IMG/VR virus record: IMGVR_UViG_3300047320_000285
Location: 186,001 to 250,000 of that record
Length of the DNA stretch: 64,000 bases
Direction: 5' to 3' (one strand)
Positions 37,264 to 46,838 of the stretch are shown one piece after another (position 1 is the stretch's first letter; each line of letters begins with the position of its first letter). Both the position numbers and the translations under genes were made by a program. A model generated the notes under the pieces. The model worked only from the letters and a program-made list of their open reading frames with translations. It had not been told where the DNA came from and searched no databases.

Positions 37264-38103
37264 ATGGAAGTGACCAAAACCATGATGATCGACATCGCTG
37301 ACCTGTCACGGTCACTCGATGCGGGCATCGGCGAATACTTGAGACCGGAAGAAACAGGCTGGTACCTGCCTTACGATCTCGAACCCACACTGAAGGAAGG
37401 TCGGCCCTACTACGTCCATACGGCCAACCGGGGTCTGACCAAGGTCGAGCTGATTACGGCCCCCAAGGGCGTGGATGTCTACGACCAGCATGCGGACATT
37501 ATCGTCACTGCGGAACAGACGCGGGCCTTAAAAGAGCGCTCGTATCCGCATCCGGCGCGGGCTATCAAGCTGCTCAAAGCCTGCGCTAATCATCTGGTCG
37601 ACATCCACGCGGCATGGGGCGGTATCTACGAAGAGCAGCATCGGCGTGAGACGCAAGAGCGTGGCGAGGCCAACGCAGGCTACAGTACCATCCGTAAGCA
37701 GGTCGAGGAAGTGCTCGACGAATACGGTTTGCTGGAACTGGCCAAGATCGATGAGTCACGCATGCACCCCTCTCAGGTGCATTACCTGAAAGAACGTGCC
37801 AAGCAGCTGCGTAAGCTGCCGAGCAAGGAAGTGCGCCGGGATGAGGCCCGCAATCCAGCCAATCTGAATGCCATCATTGCGGAATTCGTCTATCCGCAGT
37901 ATGAAGGGCAAGATGATATTTTGACCATGATCGAGGATCATCTGCTGGACTTTAAAACAACAATCCTCGATTTCTTGGGTAAAGACAAATGGATCATGCA
38001 TTTTCTCAAGGTCTCTCGTGGCTCGCTGATCGTCGAGAAGACGGTGGACTATCGGATTTATTCGTGGATGGTGGAACACGGGTATTGGGACCGCAGCCAC
38101 TGA
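37264..38103 (+). CDS. Hypothetical protein, paralogue array member 2 (long form)
   Basis: ATG 37264; phage-like codon usage. Confidence 0.7.
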   Translation: MEVTKTMMIDIADLSRSLDAGIGEYLRPEETGWYLPYDLEPTLKEGRPYYVHTANRGLTKVELITAPKGVDVYDQHADIIVTAEQTRALKERSYPHPARAIKLLKACANHLVDIHAAWGGIYEEQHRRETQERGEANAGYSTIRKQVEEVLDEYGLLELAKIDESRMHPSQVHYLKERAKQLRKLPSKEVRRDEARNPANLNAIIAEFVYPQYEGQDDILTMIEDHLLDFKTTILDFLGKDKWIMHFLKVSRGSLIVEKTVDYRIYSWMVEHGYWDRSH

Positions 38104-38159
38104 ACGCGTCAGAAGCAGCAGCCCCCAAGAATCTGCGCCCCGGCTACATTCCGGAGTCA

Positions 38160-38573
38160 ATGGACATGAAGACATGGTTGGTGAGTTTGCGGGACTGCTA
38201 CGCGACGCTGCAATACGGCTTGCTGGATTACGTGGTGCAGCATAAAGCCCGCATGCGGGTGCTCGATCCCAATCAGTGGGTCCGGGAAGTCGATCTGAAT
38301 CCGATCATGTCCACCATTCTGGACTATGTATTTCTGGAGAAGATCGGTAAAGAGCCGTTCGACTTCGACGCCCTGATTATCCCGAAGCTGCAGGATCTCA
38401 GGGTGCCGATGGATGTCGGTCTGCCGCTGGTCCACGAGGTGGTCATGTACGTGGTCTCGACCATTGGTAACATCTTCCCAGAGATGTACTTTGGTCCCGA
38501 CGTACGGATCAGCTACGAGATCGTCAGCGGCAATGACTTGTGGATCAGCACCACGAAAGACCCAGTGGACTGA
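38160..38573 (+). CDS. Hypothetical protein, paralogue array member 3 (start uncertain)
   Basis: GGAG SD before ATG 38160, within ORF 37989-38573. Confidence 0.6.
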   Translation: MDMKTWLVSLRDCYATLQYGLLDYVVQHKARMRVLDPNQWVREVDLNPIMSTILDYVFLEKIGKEPFDFDALIIPKLQDLRVPMDVGLPLVHEVVMYVVSTIGNIFPEMYFGPDVRISYEIVSGNDLWISTTKDPVD

Positions 38574-38594
38574 GCCACGATTATACAAGGAAGG

Positions 38595-39059
38595 ATGCAC
38601 ATGGCCAATGCGCTTATATTGCCGACGTTTGAACTGGTGACAGAGTGCTTGCCCTACGACAAAGTCTTCGCCAAGTTTTTACGGGGCGGCGTGAAAGATG
38701 TGGTGCGCGAGTCGATTGTCGGGCAAACGTTCTATCGACGGCACCAACCGCTGATCGACCCGAGTAACAACCGCTCAGGACTGATGGCGTCAATTCTGCA
38801 CACGTTCGACGAGTATTGCATTCAGGAGTGGGGGGATGCGCACATGGAGCCGGGTACCAGCTTCATGGACGAGTACCTCGCCCAGTTTGCGATCATCGAG
38901 TTCGTGGTGCAGGAAGTCGAAGAGGGGGTGGAAAACATGCTGTACCACATCCTGCGTGCGCAACACATGCGTACGTTCGACGTCGATGAGTTCGAAACTC
39001 AGTGGCGGGGTCGAGACCTGATGGTCTATTTGAAATCGCTGAACCGGATAAGGAGCTAA
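38595..39059 (+). CDS. Hypothetical protein, paralogue array member 4
   Basis: AAGGAAGG SD; NALILPT N-terminus and QWRGRDLMV C-terminus. Confidence 0.7.
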   Translation: MHMANALILPTFELVTECLPYDKVFAKFLRGGVKDVVRESIVGQTFYRRHQPLIDPSNNRSGLMASILHTFDEYCIQEWGDAHMEPGTSFMDEYLAQFAIIEFVVQEVEEGVENMLYHILRAQHMRTFDVDEFETQWRGRDLMVYLKSLNRIRS

Positions 39060-39598
39060 TGATGCTGCCACGTGTCGTGATTATGGAAGTCGGAGAAGAG
39101 GTCAGCGAGTTCTTGGAAGCGATTCAGGCTGAGGATTTGCCGACCATCGATTTGGCTGCTGTCATGGATCAGGTGGTAGCGTGCGTGAATCATCCGGACG
39201 ATCCGAAAGACGACCATGAGACCCTGGCACTGGTGGCCGGGTATATGGCGTATGGGGAAGGCCTACACGAAGGCCCCATTGATTTGACCGATGGTTGGTC
39301 CCCGCAACAGAAAAGTGGTGTGTTCGATGCGGTGATGCAGCTCGGTTGGCGCATGCGCTACCGCATCGCGGACCTCGGACTCGTACAGGAAGATCGGCGT
39401 TTCTTTAGCCATCGATTTAAGGAGATAGAGCGTGACCATATTCTCAGGCTCGAACAAGACCAAGATACGCCTACCACCGTCACGACAGTCGTTAGTGCCG
39501 CTCCGCGTCATTGGCCCCGTGAACCCCGCGCAACCGACTCGCCTCATTTTGCCGACGTCGGACTTTATCAGCAAGTTTCAACGCGATGGTCTGCGTGA
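39059..39598 (+). CDS. Hypothetical protein, paralogue array member 5
   Basis: AGGAG SD; start overlaps the previous stop codon. Confidence 0.65.
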   Translation: MMLPRVVIMEVGEEVSEFLEAIQAEDLPTIDLAAVMDQVVACVNHPDDPKDDHETLALVAGYMAYGEGLHEGPIDLTDGWSPQQKSGVFDAVMQLGWRMRYRIADLGLVQEDRRFFSHRFKEIERDHILRLEQDQDTPTTVTTVVSAAPRHWPREPRATDSPHFADVGLYQQVSTRWSA

Positions 39599-39905
39599 AG
39601 ACTTCGATTTTGAACCGGGGGACCGGTTCATCACCGATCTCTTTGAGCAGCTGACCTACGAACAGGACGCCCTCTTGATGCTCGGTGTGTATGCTGAAGA
39701 GATCGCGTACGACGTCACCTGTGGTCTGGAAGCTGAACGCCTAGTACGCCACATCGTTTATCTGGGCACGCAGATTCATCAGTTGCTTCAGTTACTGAAG
39801 GTGTATCAGCGCGGTTATCTGTTTCACCAGTTCGTCCAGTGGTGGGGTGCCGACATCATGGTGGGGGACTTCCGTTTGCTGGACATGGAACCGGAGGACC
39901 ACTGA
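39432..39905 (+). CDS. Hypothetical protein, paralogue array member 6 (overlaps member 5)
   Basis: AAGGAG SD before GTG 39432; RLILPT and QWWGADIMV motifs. Confidence 0.6.
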   Translation: MTIFSGSNKTKIRLPPSRQSLVPLRVIGPVNPAQPTRLILPTSDFISKFQRDGLREDFDFEPGDRFITDLFEQLTYEQDALLMLGVYAEEIAYDVTCGLEAERLVRHIVYLGTQIHQLLQLLKVYQRGYLFHQFVQWWGADIMVGDFRLLDMEPEDH

Positions 39906-40309
39906 TGCAAGGCGAGCAGCAGTATCCGAAGAGTATTATCGTCGGCACCCGTGACATCATGCGGCAGTTCGAGCAGGAGACACGGGGCTTGCCGCTGAAG
40001 CCACAGGACTTCACCGAAATCATCACGCAGGTCTTGGATCTGCTGTTGAACTTCGGCCCGGATGCCTGTGGCAGCTATCAGGCTTTACCCGACGTCAGTC
40101 GTCTGGTAAAGAATGAATGGGTGGAAGACGAACAGTTGGTGCGACTGAAAAACGCCAGCTTTCGCTTAGCGTGGGCCGTCCACAATCAGTGCGAGGCCTT
40201 GGGCTTTCGCACTTTCCGTCAGGACGACGGCTCGGTCAAGCGGGACTTCCCGTATGCGATCAGTGGCTGGCATGGTGGTGACGTGGTGTTGGATCATATG
40301 CCCTTCTAA
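39905..40309 (+). CDS. Hypothetical protein, paralogue array member 7
   Basis: GGAGG SD; GWHGGDVVL C-terminus. Confidence 0.7.
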   Translation: MQGEQQYPKSIIVGTRDIMRQFEQETRGLPLKPQDFTEIITQVLDLLLNFGPDACGSYQALPDVSRLVKNEWVEDEQLVRLKNASFRLAWAVHNQCEALGFRTFRQDDGSVKRDFPYAISGWHGGDVVLDHMPF

Positions 40310-40362
40310 ACGCCTCGTCTTCGGGCGGGGCGTTTGTCCAACACTTCTTTTTTGGTTCCGCC

Positions 40363-40773
40363 ATGACCTACAACTACCAGATTGGGGCGACGTATTCGTT
40401 CAATACGTACGCGCCGAGTGTACTCGGCAACGACTACCAGAATGTCAAGATGCTTGGTGTGCTGTCAGCCGATCTGGCCAGCCGCTTGGGTTGCGATATT
40501 CAGTCGCTGCAGCAAAAAGTCTTCCCGCAGGTGCCGCCGCAGAATCACATGTCGACGGACCCCACGCAGTACAACTACATTCAAGTGCAGCTGCAGAACG
40601 GTTCCCGCACCATTCTGGGCATGCCATGGATTGACGAGTCGTCGATTGTAGCCGTCACCGGTCAAACCATTACGGCGATTATCGGTAACGTCACCGCCGA
40701 TGATCTGTCGGTGATTCGTGACTCGTTGTCGATGAACGGGTACACCCAAGTCACGCTGACCATCAGTGATTAA
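40363..40773 (+). CDS. Conserved hypothetical protein upstream of the DNA polymerase
   Basis: 136 aa, MTYNYQIGATYSFNTYAPSVLG; gene order. Confidence 0.7.
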   Translation: MTYNYQIGATYSFNTYAPSVLGNDYQNVKMLGVLSADLASRLGCDIQSLQQKVFPQVPPQNHMSTDPTQYNYIQVQLQNGSRTILGMPWIDESSIVAVTGQTITAIIGNVTADDLSVIRDSLSMNGYTQVTLTISD

Positions 40774-40796
40774 GCGGGCCTAAAGAGGTTACCAGT

Positions 40797-41245
40797 AAAA
40801 ATTACAGGCACTCTCCATGAAGTGCACAGGGACCGGCACTCCCTGACGCGTTACACGAACGATTTCCTCCGCATGTCTCTCGCGTCCCGTTTGTGTAGTG
40901 CGATTAAACTTCCCACTGGGATTCTGCAGCTGGCGCGCATGCGCCGCACGCGGAAGGGAAGAGTGCTGAGCGGGGGTGGCTTGCTAACGGTACGTTTTGC
41001 TCTCCTTGTACGACTCCGTTTCATCCACATGAGTGGCGAGTGCACGATGCTATTGCGCCAAGGCTGCGCTTAGGTCGTCCCCGGCATTCGGATGACAGGT
41101 CACCCCCTGCTCTTTTTTAGCCCAGCCGAGTTCTCGTAGTCTCCTCGTAGCACCAGTGCAAGGCCAGTAGTCCGTGTTGTATCTTGTCACGCAATCCTGA
41201 ATTTAAGCGAGGACTTCGGTCCTCGCCTTTTTTTCCCTTTATGCC
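40797..41245 (+). ncRNA. Candidate structured RNA or attenuator leader (about 430 nt) upstream of the DNA polymerase
   Basis: AAAAATTAC promoter-like motif, many helices, and terminator GCGAGGAC-TTCG-GTCCTCGC plus T7; no convincing ORF. Confidence 0.5.
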
Positions 41246-41287
41246 TTTGCGTCAACGATTTGAGAAAATATTGGAGGTCCCAATTGT

Positions 41288-43495
41288 GTGCCAGCGTACA
41301 TAGAGACGTCGCCACAGAACCAACAAAACAGGATCATCAGCGCCATGACACAGAATCCGTTTGTCCTGCCTTGGACCGAATACAAGCGGGATATTAACGT
41401 GCTGAGGGATTATATCGACGATCAGGCTCGTTATCTGTCGATCGAAACCCAACAGCCCTACGAAGTCTGCGAGGCCTTCGTGAAAGAGCAGCTGCGCCCC
41501 GGCGGCCAGTTTGAATTCAAAGATCCGCGCTGCCTGTACACGGAGCGTGGCGAGAACGGTGACCGGGAGCTAAAAGAAGGTCGCCTGTCGCAGTACTTGC
41601 ATGAAGCGGTGCATCACGAACGCATGATTGCTCCGTCGCTCACCACGTATCTAAACCCCGAGCAAGAGCCAGCGTTGCTGGTTGACTTTATCGACGATAA
41701 CGTCAAGGGTCGGTCGGTCGCGAAGAAAGCCATGTTCGCCGCACGCCGCGAAGGCAACAAGGTGATGGACAGTATTTACAACAACGAGCAGAACAACCGC
41801 AAGTTGTCAAATAATTCCATCTCAGGCGCGCACTTGTCGGCGGGTCAACCGCTTTACAACAAGACCGCCCACATTACCCTGACCAGTAACTGCCGCTCGA
41901 CCTCCGGATTCGGCAATGCGAATAACGAGAAGCTGCTCTCGGGTAATCGCCACTACTGGTCGGTCCAGATTACGCTGAACAACATTATCTCGATCGTCAA
42001 CCATACCGACTATGATCAGTTGGGGGCAGCGTGTGCGGAGTACGGCATTCGCTACCCGAGCTTTGATGAGACGATGGAATGCATCCAGTACTCGACCAAC
42101 CTCTATTGGGCTGATCGTCGCTCGATGGACAAAGTCCGGTCGCTAGTGGAAAAGTTGACCCCGATCCAACGTGCTGCATTCGTCTATACCGGTGACCTCT
42201 ACCACCTGATGCGCTTCAATGAGCAACTGGTGCGTGAATTTATCACCCGTATGTCGTACAAACCGACCGAACCGCATCCTGATCCGGAGTCCGTGATTAA
42301 GGCAGCCCCCGAAGATGTGGTCTTCACCGCCGTGCAAATCTGCGAAGAGCACTTTCGGGGCGTGGGTCCGGATGGCAAAAACATCGACTGGAAGAAGATG
42401 GTCGGGACCCGCGAGTACGGGATCTTGGGCGCTACGGTCGCTAACATCCAGTCGACCTTGGCGGTGTACTTCAACATGATCCGGGCGCTGTGGGTCACGC
42501 CGAATGTCCCGGCTTCGCTCGCATGGTTTCCGGATTCGATTCGCCGCGCAGCCCTCACGTCCGACACGGACTCGACCATCTTTACCGTGCAGGACTGGAT
42601 CGAGTGGTACTTTGGTGAGATCAAGGTGGATGCGGCTTCGAACGGCGTCGCCGCGGTGTTCATCTATTTCTCGTCTGCGTCTATCGTGCACATCCTCGCC
42701 CGGATGTCGGCGAACTTTGGGATTAAGGGTGAAAAGCGCCTGTTCCAGATTGCGATGAAGAACGAGTACAAGTTTGATGTATTCGTGCCCACGCAGGTGG
42801 CCAAGCACTACTTCGCGTTGATTGGCTGTCAGGAAGGCGATCTCTACGCCAAGTACAAGAAAGAGATCAAGGGGGTGCATCTGAAGTCCTCCAACGCCCC
42901 GATCGAAGTCACCAAGAGCGCGGAAGACCTGATGCTCGACATCATGAACCGGGTCCTGAAAGGCCAGAAAATCAGCCTGACCAAGATCCTGCTCGATCTG
43001 GCCAACCGGGAACGACAGGTGATGGAGTCGATCGTCCGTGGCGACAGTCGCTTCTTCCGCAAGGGGCAGATCAAACCCCCGGAGTCCTACACCAAGGCAG
43101 CGGACGAAAGCCCGTATATCCAGTACGAAATGTGGCAAGAAGTCTTTGCCCCGGATTACGGGGATATTCCGCCGCCGCCGTACGTGTGCGTACGCATTGC
43201 CACCAGTGCCGATACCCCGGGCAAGTGCAAGGAGTGGCTGGATGGCTTGGAGAATCAGGCCTTTGCCAATCGCATGCGCAACTGGATGGTACGCAATAAC
43301 AAGAAGTACATCGGCTCGATCCAGTTGCCCGAGCAGATGGTGTCCAGTAAAGGCGTCCCCAAAGAGATCCTGCAGATTGCGGGGGCTCGGCAAATTGTGC
43401 GTGATACCACCGGCGTGTTTTATCTGATTCTGGAAGCCTTGGGGTTCTTCATGCTCGACGACAAGATCTCGCGTCTGGCCATGGATCTCTACTAA
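41288..43495 (+). CDS. Family B DNA polymerase, polymerase-domain subunit (phiKZ gp50-like)
   Basis: Catalytic TSDTDS motif, RKLSNNSISG and IKGVHLKSSN; 735 aa; GGAGG SD before GTG (alternative ATG 41345). Confidence 0.88.
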   Translation: MPAYIETSPQNQQNRIISAMTQNPFVLPWTEYKRDINVLRDYIDDQARYLSIETQQPYEVCEAFVKEQLRPGGQFEFKDPRCLYTERGENGDRELKEGRLSQYLHEAVHHERMIAPSLTTYLNPEQEPALLVDFIDDNVKGRSVAKKAMFAARREGNKVMDSIYNNEQNNRKLSNNSISGAHLSAGQPLYNKTAHITLTSNCRSTSGFGNANNEKLLSGNRHYWSVQITLNNIISIVNHTDYDQLGAACAEYGIRYPSFDETMECIQYSTNLYWADRRSMDKVRSLVEKLTPIQRAAFVYTGDLYHLMRFNEQLVREFITRMSYKPTEPHPDPESVIKAAPEDVVFTAVQICEEHFRGVGPDGKNIDWKKMVGTREYGILGATVANIQSTLAVYFNMIRALWVTPNVPASLAWFPDSIRRAALTSDTDSTIFTVQDWIEWYFGEIKVDAASNGVAAVFIYFSSASIVHILARMSANFGIKGEKRLFQIAMKNEYKFDVFVPTQVAKHYFALIGCQEGDLYAKYKKEIKGVHLKSSNAPIEVTKSAEDLMLDIMNRVLKGQKISLTKILLDLANRERQVMESIVRGDSRFFRKGQIKPPESYTKAADESPYIQYEMWQEVFAPDYGDIPPPPYVCVRIATSADTPGKCKEWLDGLENQAFANRMRNWMVRNNKKYIGSIQLPEQMVSSKGVPKEILQIAGARQIVRDTTGVFYLILEALGFFMLDDKISRLAMDLY

Positions 43496-43593
43496 ACGGT
43501 TGCAGCGTCTCATCGTTATGAGTGGGGCTTCGGCCCTGCTCATTAGCACAACACCTACGATTAGACCTTGGAACAACTTGGGGGTAGTACCTT

Positions 43594-43872
43594 ATGGATT
43601 TCGAACTGGAGATGCAACATGCGAAAATGCTCGTGGCATTAGTGGAGACTGGCCCCTTGCATCAGCAGGAACTCGGTGACGCCCTGACCCGGGAAGCACT
43701 GATACGGCACGGACTGGCATCGAAGATTGTGTTCGACGGAGAACAGAACTTTATCGCCGCCACGTATCTGGGCAGTAGTATTTACTGCAAGAAGATTGTC
43801 GGGGAAGACATCTTGCAGCATGCGATTCAAAAACGCAAGAAGCAGGGTGAAGTTGCGAGGCTCGCGAGATAG
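43594..43872 (+). CDS. Hypothetical protein (92 aa)
   Basis: GGGGGT SD-like site; terminator follows. Confidence 0.55.
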   Translation: MDFELEMQHAKMLVALVETGPLHQQELGDALTREALIRHGLASKIVFDGEQNFIAATYLGSSIYCKKIVGEDILQHAIQKRKKQGEVARLAR

Positions 43873-43891
43873 GGACCCAACAATAACTACT

Positions 43892-43943
43892 GGCATAAAA
43901 GCCGGGTGAGACGTGCTCACCCGGCCCTTCAGCCTTTATGCCG
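43892..43943. terminator. Bidirectional terminator
   Basis: GGCATAAAA-GCCGGGTGAG...CTCACCCGGC...TTTATGCCG; the right arm overlaps the minus-strand stop codon. Confidence 0.7.
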
Positions 43944-45042
43944 TAATCCGGCTGGCAATCCCATCCAGTTCCAGCTCCACGTCACTGTACAGCTCGGCGG
44001 GTAGCAGGTTGCGGAAGAGATTGCTATTCTGGTACATACGAATCGTTTGCCTGAGTCGGTTGATTTCCTGACCGTTCTTGGCCATCCCGCTATTAATGCC
44101 GGTACGGGTCAGAAAGTCAATCGCCGGAAAGCGCGCCAGCCCCAAGGCCCAGACGACCTGACGGGTCGCAGCCATCTGTGGCACACTCATCACCCCCTGC
44201 ATATTGGGCTGATCCACGGCCGGGATATTGAACAACGTCTCCCCAAACGACTTGGTGACCCGATGCAGGTTATTCAATAGCGTGCTCTGGGTCGCATTGA
44301 GTTTCTGGCTGAAGTCGGTCACATAGAACGGATGCTTCTTCAGGGGTCCGCCCATCGGTGCCCCTTTGGCCAGATTGTTAATCCGGTTAAACAGCACGTA
44401 ATCCAGATGACTGGGCAGCATGTTGGGCAACACGTACATGTGGACAAACTGATTGATGCTGCGCGGTGACTCATCGTACAGTTGCGACAGATATTGCTCC
44501 CGTTGCCAGAAACTGCGATACTGCACCAGCAACATCGGCACGTTGATCGCAATCACGGCGACGCCTTCTTCCGCCCCGGTCTTGGTCCCATCGGGTAGCA
44601 GTAACTCCAGATCACTGCGAGGATGGCGCAAGACCCGGACCGGTCGTAGATGCTCCCAGTGTTTCTCGGCTTCAAACGGATCGAAGTCCGCCGTGTGAGC
44701 AATCAGGATCTCGTCACAGCCGGGCCCGTAGAAGGTCCCTTTAAATGGATGGCCGGAGGATAACGAGGACGTCATCTTCAGCGCCATGCTGAGGTTGAGC
44801 GAGAACAGGCCATCGACGTTATCGTAATAGCGCTCGATCGGCATGCTTTTGCCCACGGTGCTCGATTGCAGCAGGCGGATAATAAAGTGGTCGGACGCCA
44901 CCGCCATGGGCGCGCGGCGATAATATCGCATCACCTGTTCCAGATTCTTCTGGAGCCCGGTATGCAGGTAGTTCCAATTCGCGGCATACACTTTACCGGG
45001 ACTGGCAGTCAGGTCGAAGTCAAAGATCTGGTACATACGCAC
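43936..45042 (-). CDS. Conserved virion-type protein (phiKZ gp52-like)
   Basis: 368 aa on the minus strand between the DNA polymerase and chimallin; TATG upstream; gene order. Confidence 0.55.
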   Translation of the reverse strand: MRMYQIFDFDLTASPGKVYAANWNYLHTGLQKNLEQVMRYYRRAPMAVASDHFIIRLLQSSTVGKSMPIERYYDNVDGLFSLNLSMALKMTSSLSSGHPFKGTFYGPGCDEILIAHTADFDPFEAEKHWEHLRPVRVLRHPRSDLELLLPDGTKTGAEEGVAVIAINVPMLLVQYRSFWQREQYLSQLYDESPRSINQFVHMYVLPNMLPSHLDYVLFNRINNLAKGAPMGGPLKKHPFYVTDFSQKLNATQSTLLNNLHRVTKSFGETLFNIPAVDQPNMQGVMSVPQMAATRQVVWALGLARFPAIDFLTRTGINSGMAKNGQEINRLRQTIRMYQNSNLFRNLLPAELYSDVELELDGIASRITA

Positions 45043-45164
45043 GCATCCGGGTTAGTCGGTTTTAACATACGATGGTCCTTTATCCAGACCGATGGAAATT
45101 TACGTGTGCGGTACCACTTATGTGGAGACTACTCCATCTTAACCAAACAAGGAAGAACGAGATC

Positions 45165-46052
45165 ATGGGAAAACAATCCCGAGCGCTGAATCGCGCCAAG
45201 GCAGCCGCACCTGTGTTGCCGCCGTCCCAGACGTTGTCCGAAGAACAAATGGCGGAACTGCGTGCCAAGCACCAGCGTCAGCAGCGTTTCAACGGCTTCG
45301 TGCAGAAACGCCCGACCCCGGTCTACTGGCAGCCGGTGATGCAGCATCTGGCCACGCTGGATAAAGTGGCGGACGTGCGTTGGACCGACGACACGCTCAA
45401 GACGCTGATCGACGACCAAGTGGTGCACGGTTTGCTGAGCGGCAATATCACTGTCTACAAGGCACGTGATGTCGCCACCGGCAGTCTGCTCACGCAGTAC
45501 AGCGTCAAGCAAGCGTACCCGAAGCCGCGTTGGCCGATCTATCCGGCCGGTCTGCAATTGCAGATCGAGATGAACAAGCAGCAGCATCTGGAACGCATGC
45601 GCCCGCTGTTCAACGGTGAAGTGCTCAAGCATGGCCGTCTGAATATTCCGGCGTATTTCGCTGCGCTCGAACAGATCCGCATGAACGACGAAGCGAAAGC
45701 CAAGGCACTGGAAGAAGCCCGTTCGATCGGCGACGGCGGTAAGGACATTGCGGCGCGTATCGCGGCCGGTGACGTCGAATTCGCTGAAGCCGAGATCACC
45801 ACGCAGTACGGTGAAGGGGTGCCGGCGTTCATCGAGCAGGTCCTGAACGAGACCAAACTTCCGAATGGTCTCGTGCAAGTCGAGACCAAGAAGGTCGAAG
45901 AAGTACTGGTCGATCCCCAAGATCCGGTCGCGACCGGTCTGGCGCTCGAACGGCAAGCCGACGTCGATGCGACGTTTGAAGGCGCGCAACTCGCTGCTGG
46001 CGGTATCAAAGACGCCATCGAAGAAGGATTGAAGCTGTCGTCGGAGCAGTAA
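45165..46052 (+). CDS. Hypothetical protein (phiKZ gp53 position)
   Basis: AAGGAAG SD before MGKQSRAL; strong codon bias. Confidence 0.7.
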   Translation: MGKQSRALNRAKAAAPVLPPSQTLSEEQMAELRAKHQRQQRFNGFVQKRPTPVYWQPVMQHLATLDKVADVRWTDDTLKTLIDDQVVHGLLSGNITVYKARDVATGSLLTQYSVKQAYPKPRWPIYPAGLQLQIEMNKQQHLERMRPLFNGEVLKHGRLNIPAYFAALEQIRMNDEAKAKALEEARSIGDGGKDIAARIAAGDVEFAEAEITTQYGEGVPAFIEQVLNETKLPNGLVQVETKKVEEVLVDPQDPVATGLALERQADVDATFEGAQLAAGGIKDAIEEGLKLSSEQ

Positions 46053-46193
46053 CGTCGTCGTTCTGTAAATTTTTACACAGCGATCCCTATGGTATAGGAA
46101 GGACTACATCGCCTTCCAAACTCGACCACGTGACAGGCGGGGTCGGGGTAGGCAGTCATGATGTTGTCCTATTCCGTTGAAGAGATTTGAGGG

Positions 46194-46838
46194 ATGAAAA
46201 CGAATGAACAGGTTACTGCATGTATCGCTCGTGGCTATCCTGAGACAGACGCAGAAGCATGGTATCGGAAGTTCGTGGTACAGCGTAGCCATGCTCAGCA
46301 ACGCGGGATCGGTAGGGATCTGACATTCGAGCAGTATCTTAGTTTGGCTAAGGAATCCGGTCTGGAGAATCCAGCCATGATCGGCAAAAGCGACGGTTGT
46401 TACCATCTTGCACGTATTGAAGATGCGGGTGATTACACGCTTAGTAATTGTCGTTTCATTCCTGCTGAACATAATCGTCTTGAGGCGGTTGAGAATGGTC
46501 GATACGCAGAAGGTCAGCAATGGCGCGTTGGTCAAACAAAGGAGACGTCTGAAACAATCAGACGAATGGCAGAAACCAAAACTGGGAGAACGAAAGTCTC
46601 TCACCAAGGGATCGCCACTCAGGCGGATAAGCTTGCAAAAGAGTTTGTCCTAAAGGCTCCGGATGGAACTGTTCATCGGGGGAAGAATGTCGTAGAGTTC
46701 TGCAGGGAGCATGGTCTCCAACACAGTAATCTTTACGGTGTCTTCTCCGGAAAAAAGAACCATCATAAAGGCTGGACTGGTCACTACGTGAGTAGCAGCC
46801 AAGAAAGCTGTGATCAAGAAAATCTCAATCCCATATAA
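46194..46838 (+). mobile_element. Free-standing HNH-like homing endonuclease, paralogue of 32491-33120
   Basis: HLARIEDAGDYTLSNCRF..HN motif, GQTKET/MAETKTGRT repeats, and APDG...FCREHGL...KGW; AT-richer than its flanks. Confidence 0.78.

Noticed and set aside
40851-41045. Antisense 64-aa Arg-rich ORF inside the second structured region
   Set aside because: No SD, atypical codon use, and it opposes a plus-strand promoter/terminator pair; kept only as an alternative to test.
46083-46150. tRNA-like segment (GTATAGGAAGGACTAC...CCTTCCAAA) upstream of the second endonuclease
   Set aside because: It resembles a D-arm and a Gly/Trp anticodon loop, but the anticodon stem pairs at only 3 of 5 positions and there is no T-arm (GTTCGA) or acceptor stem.
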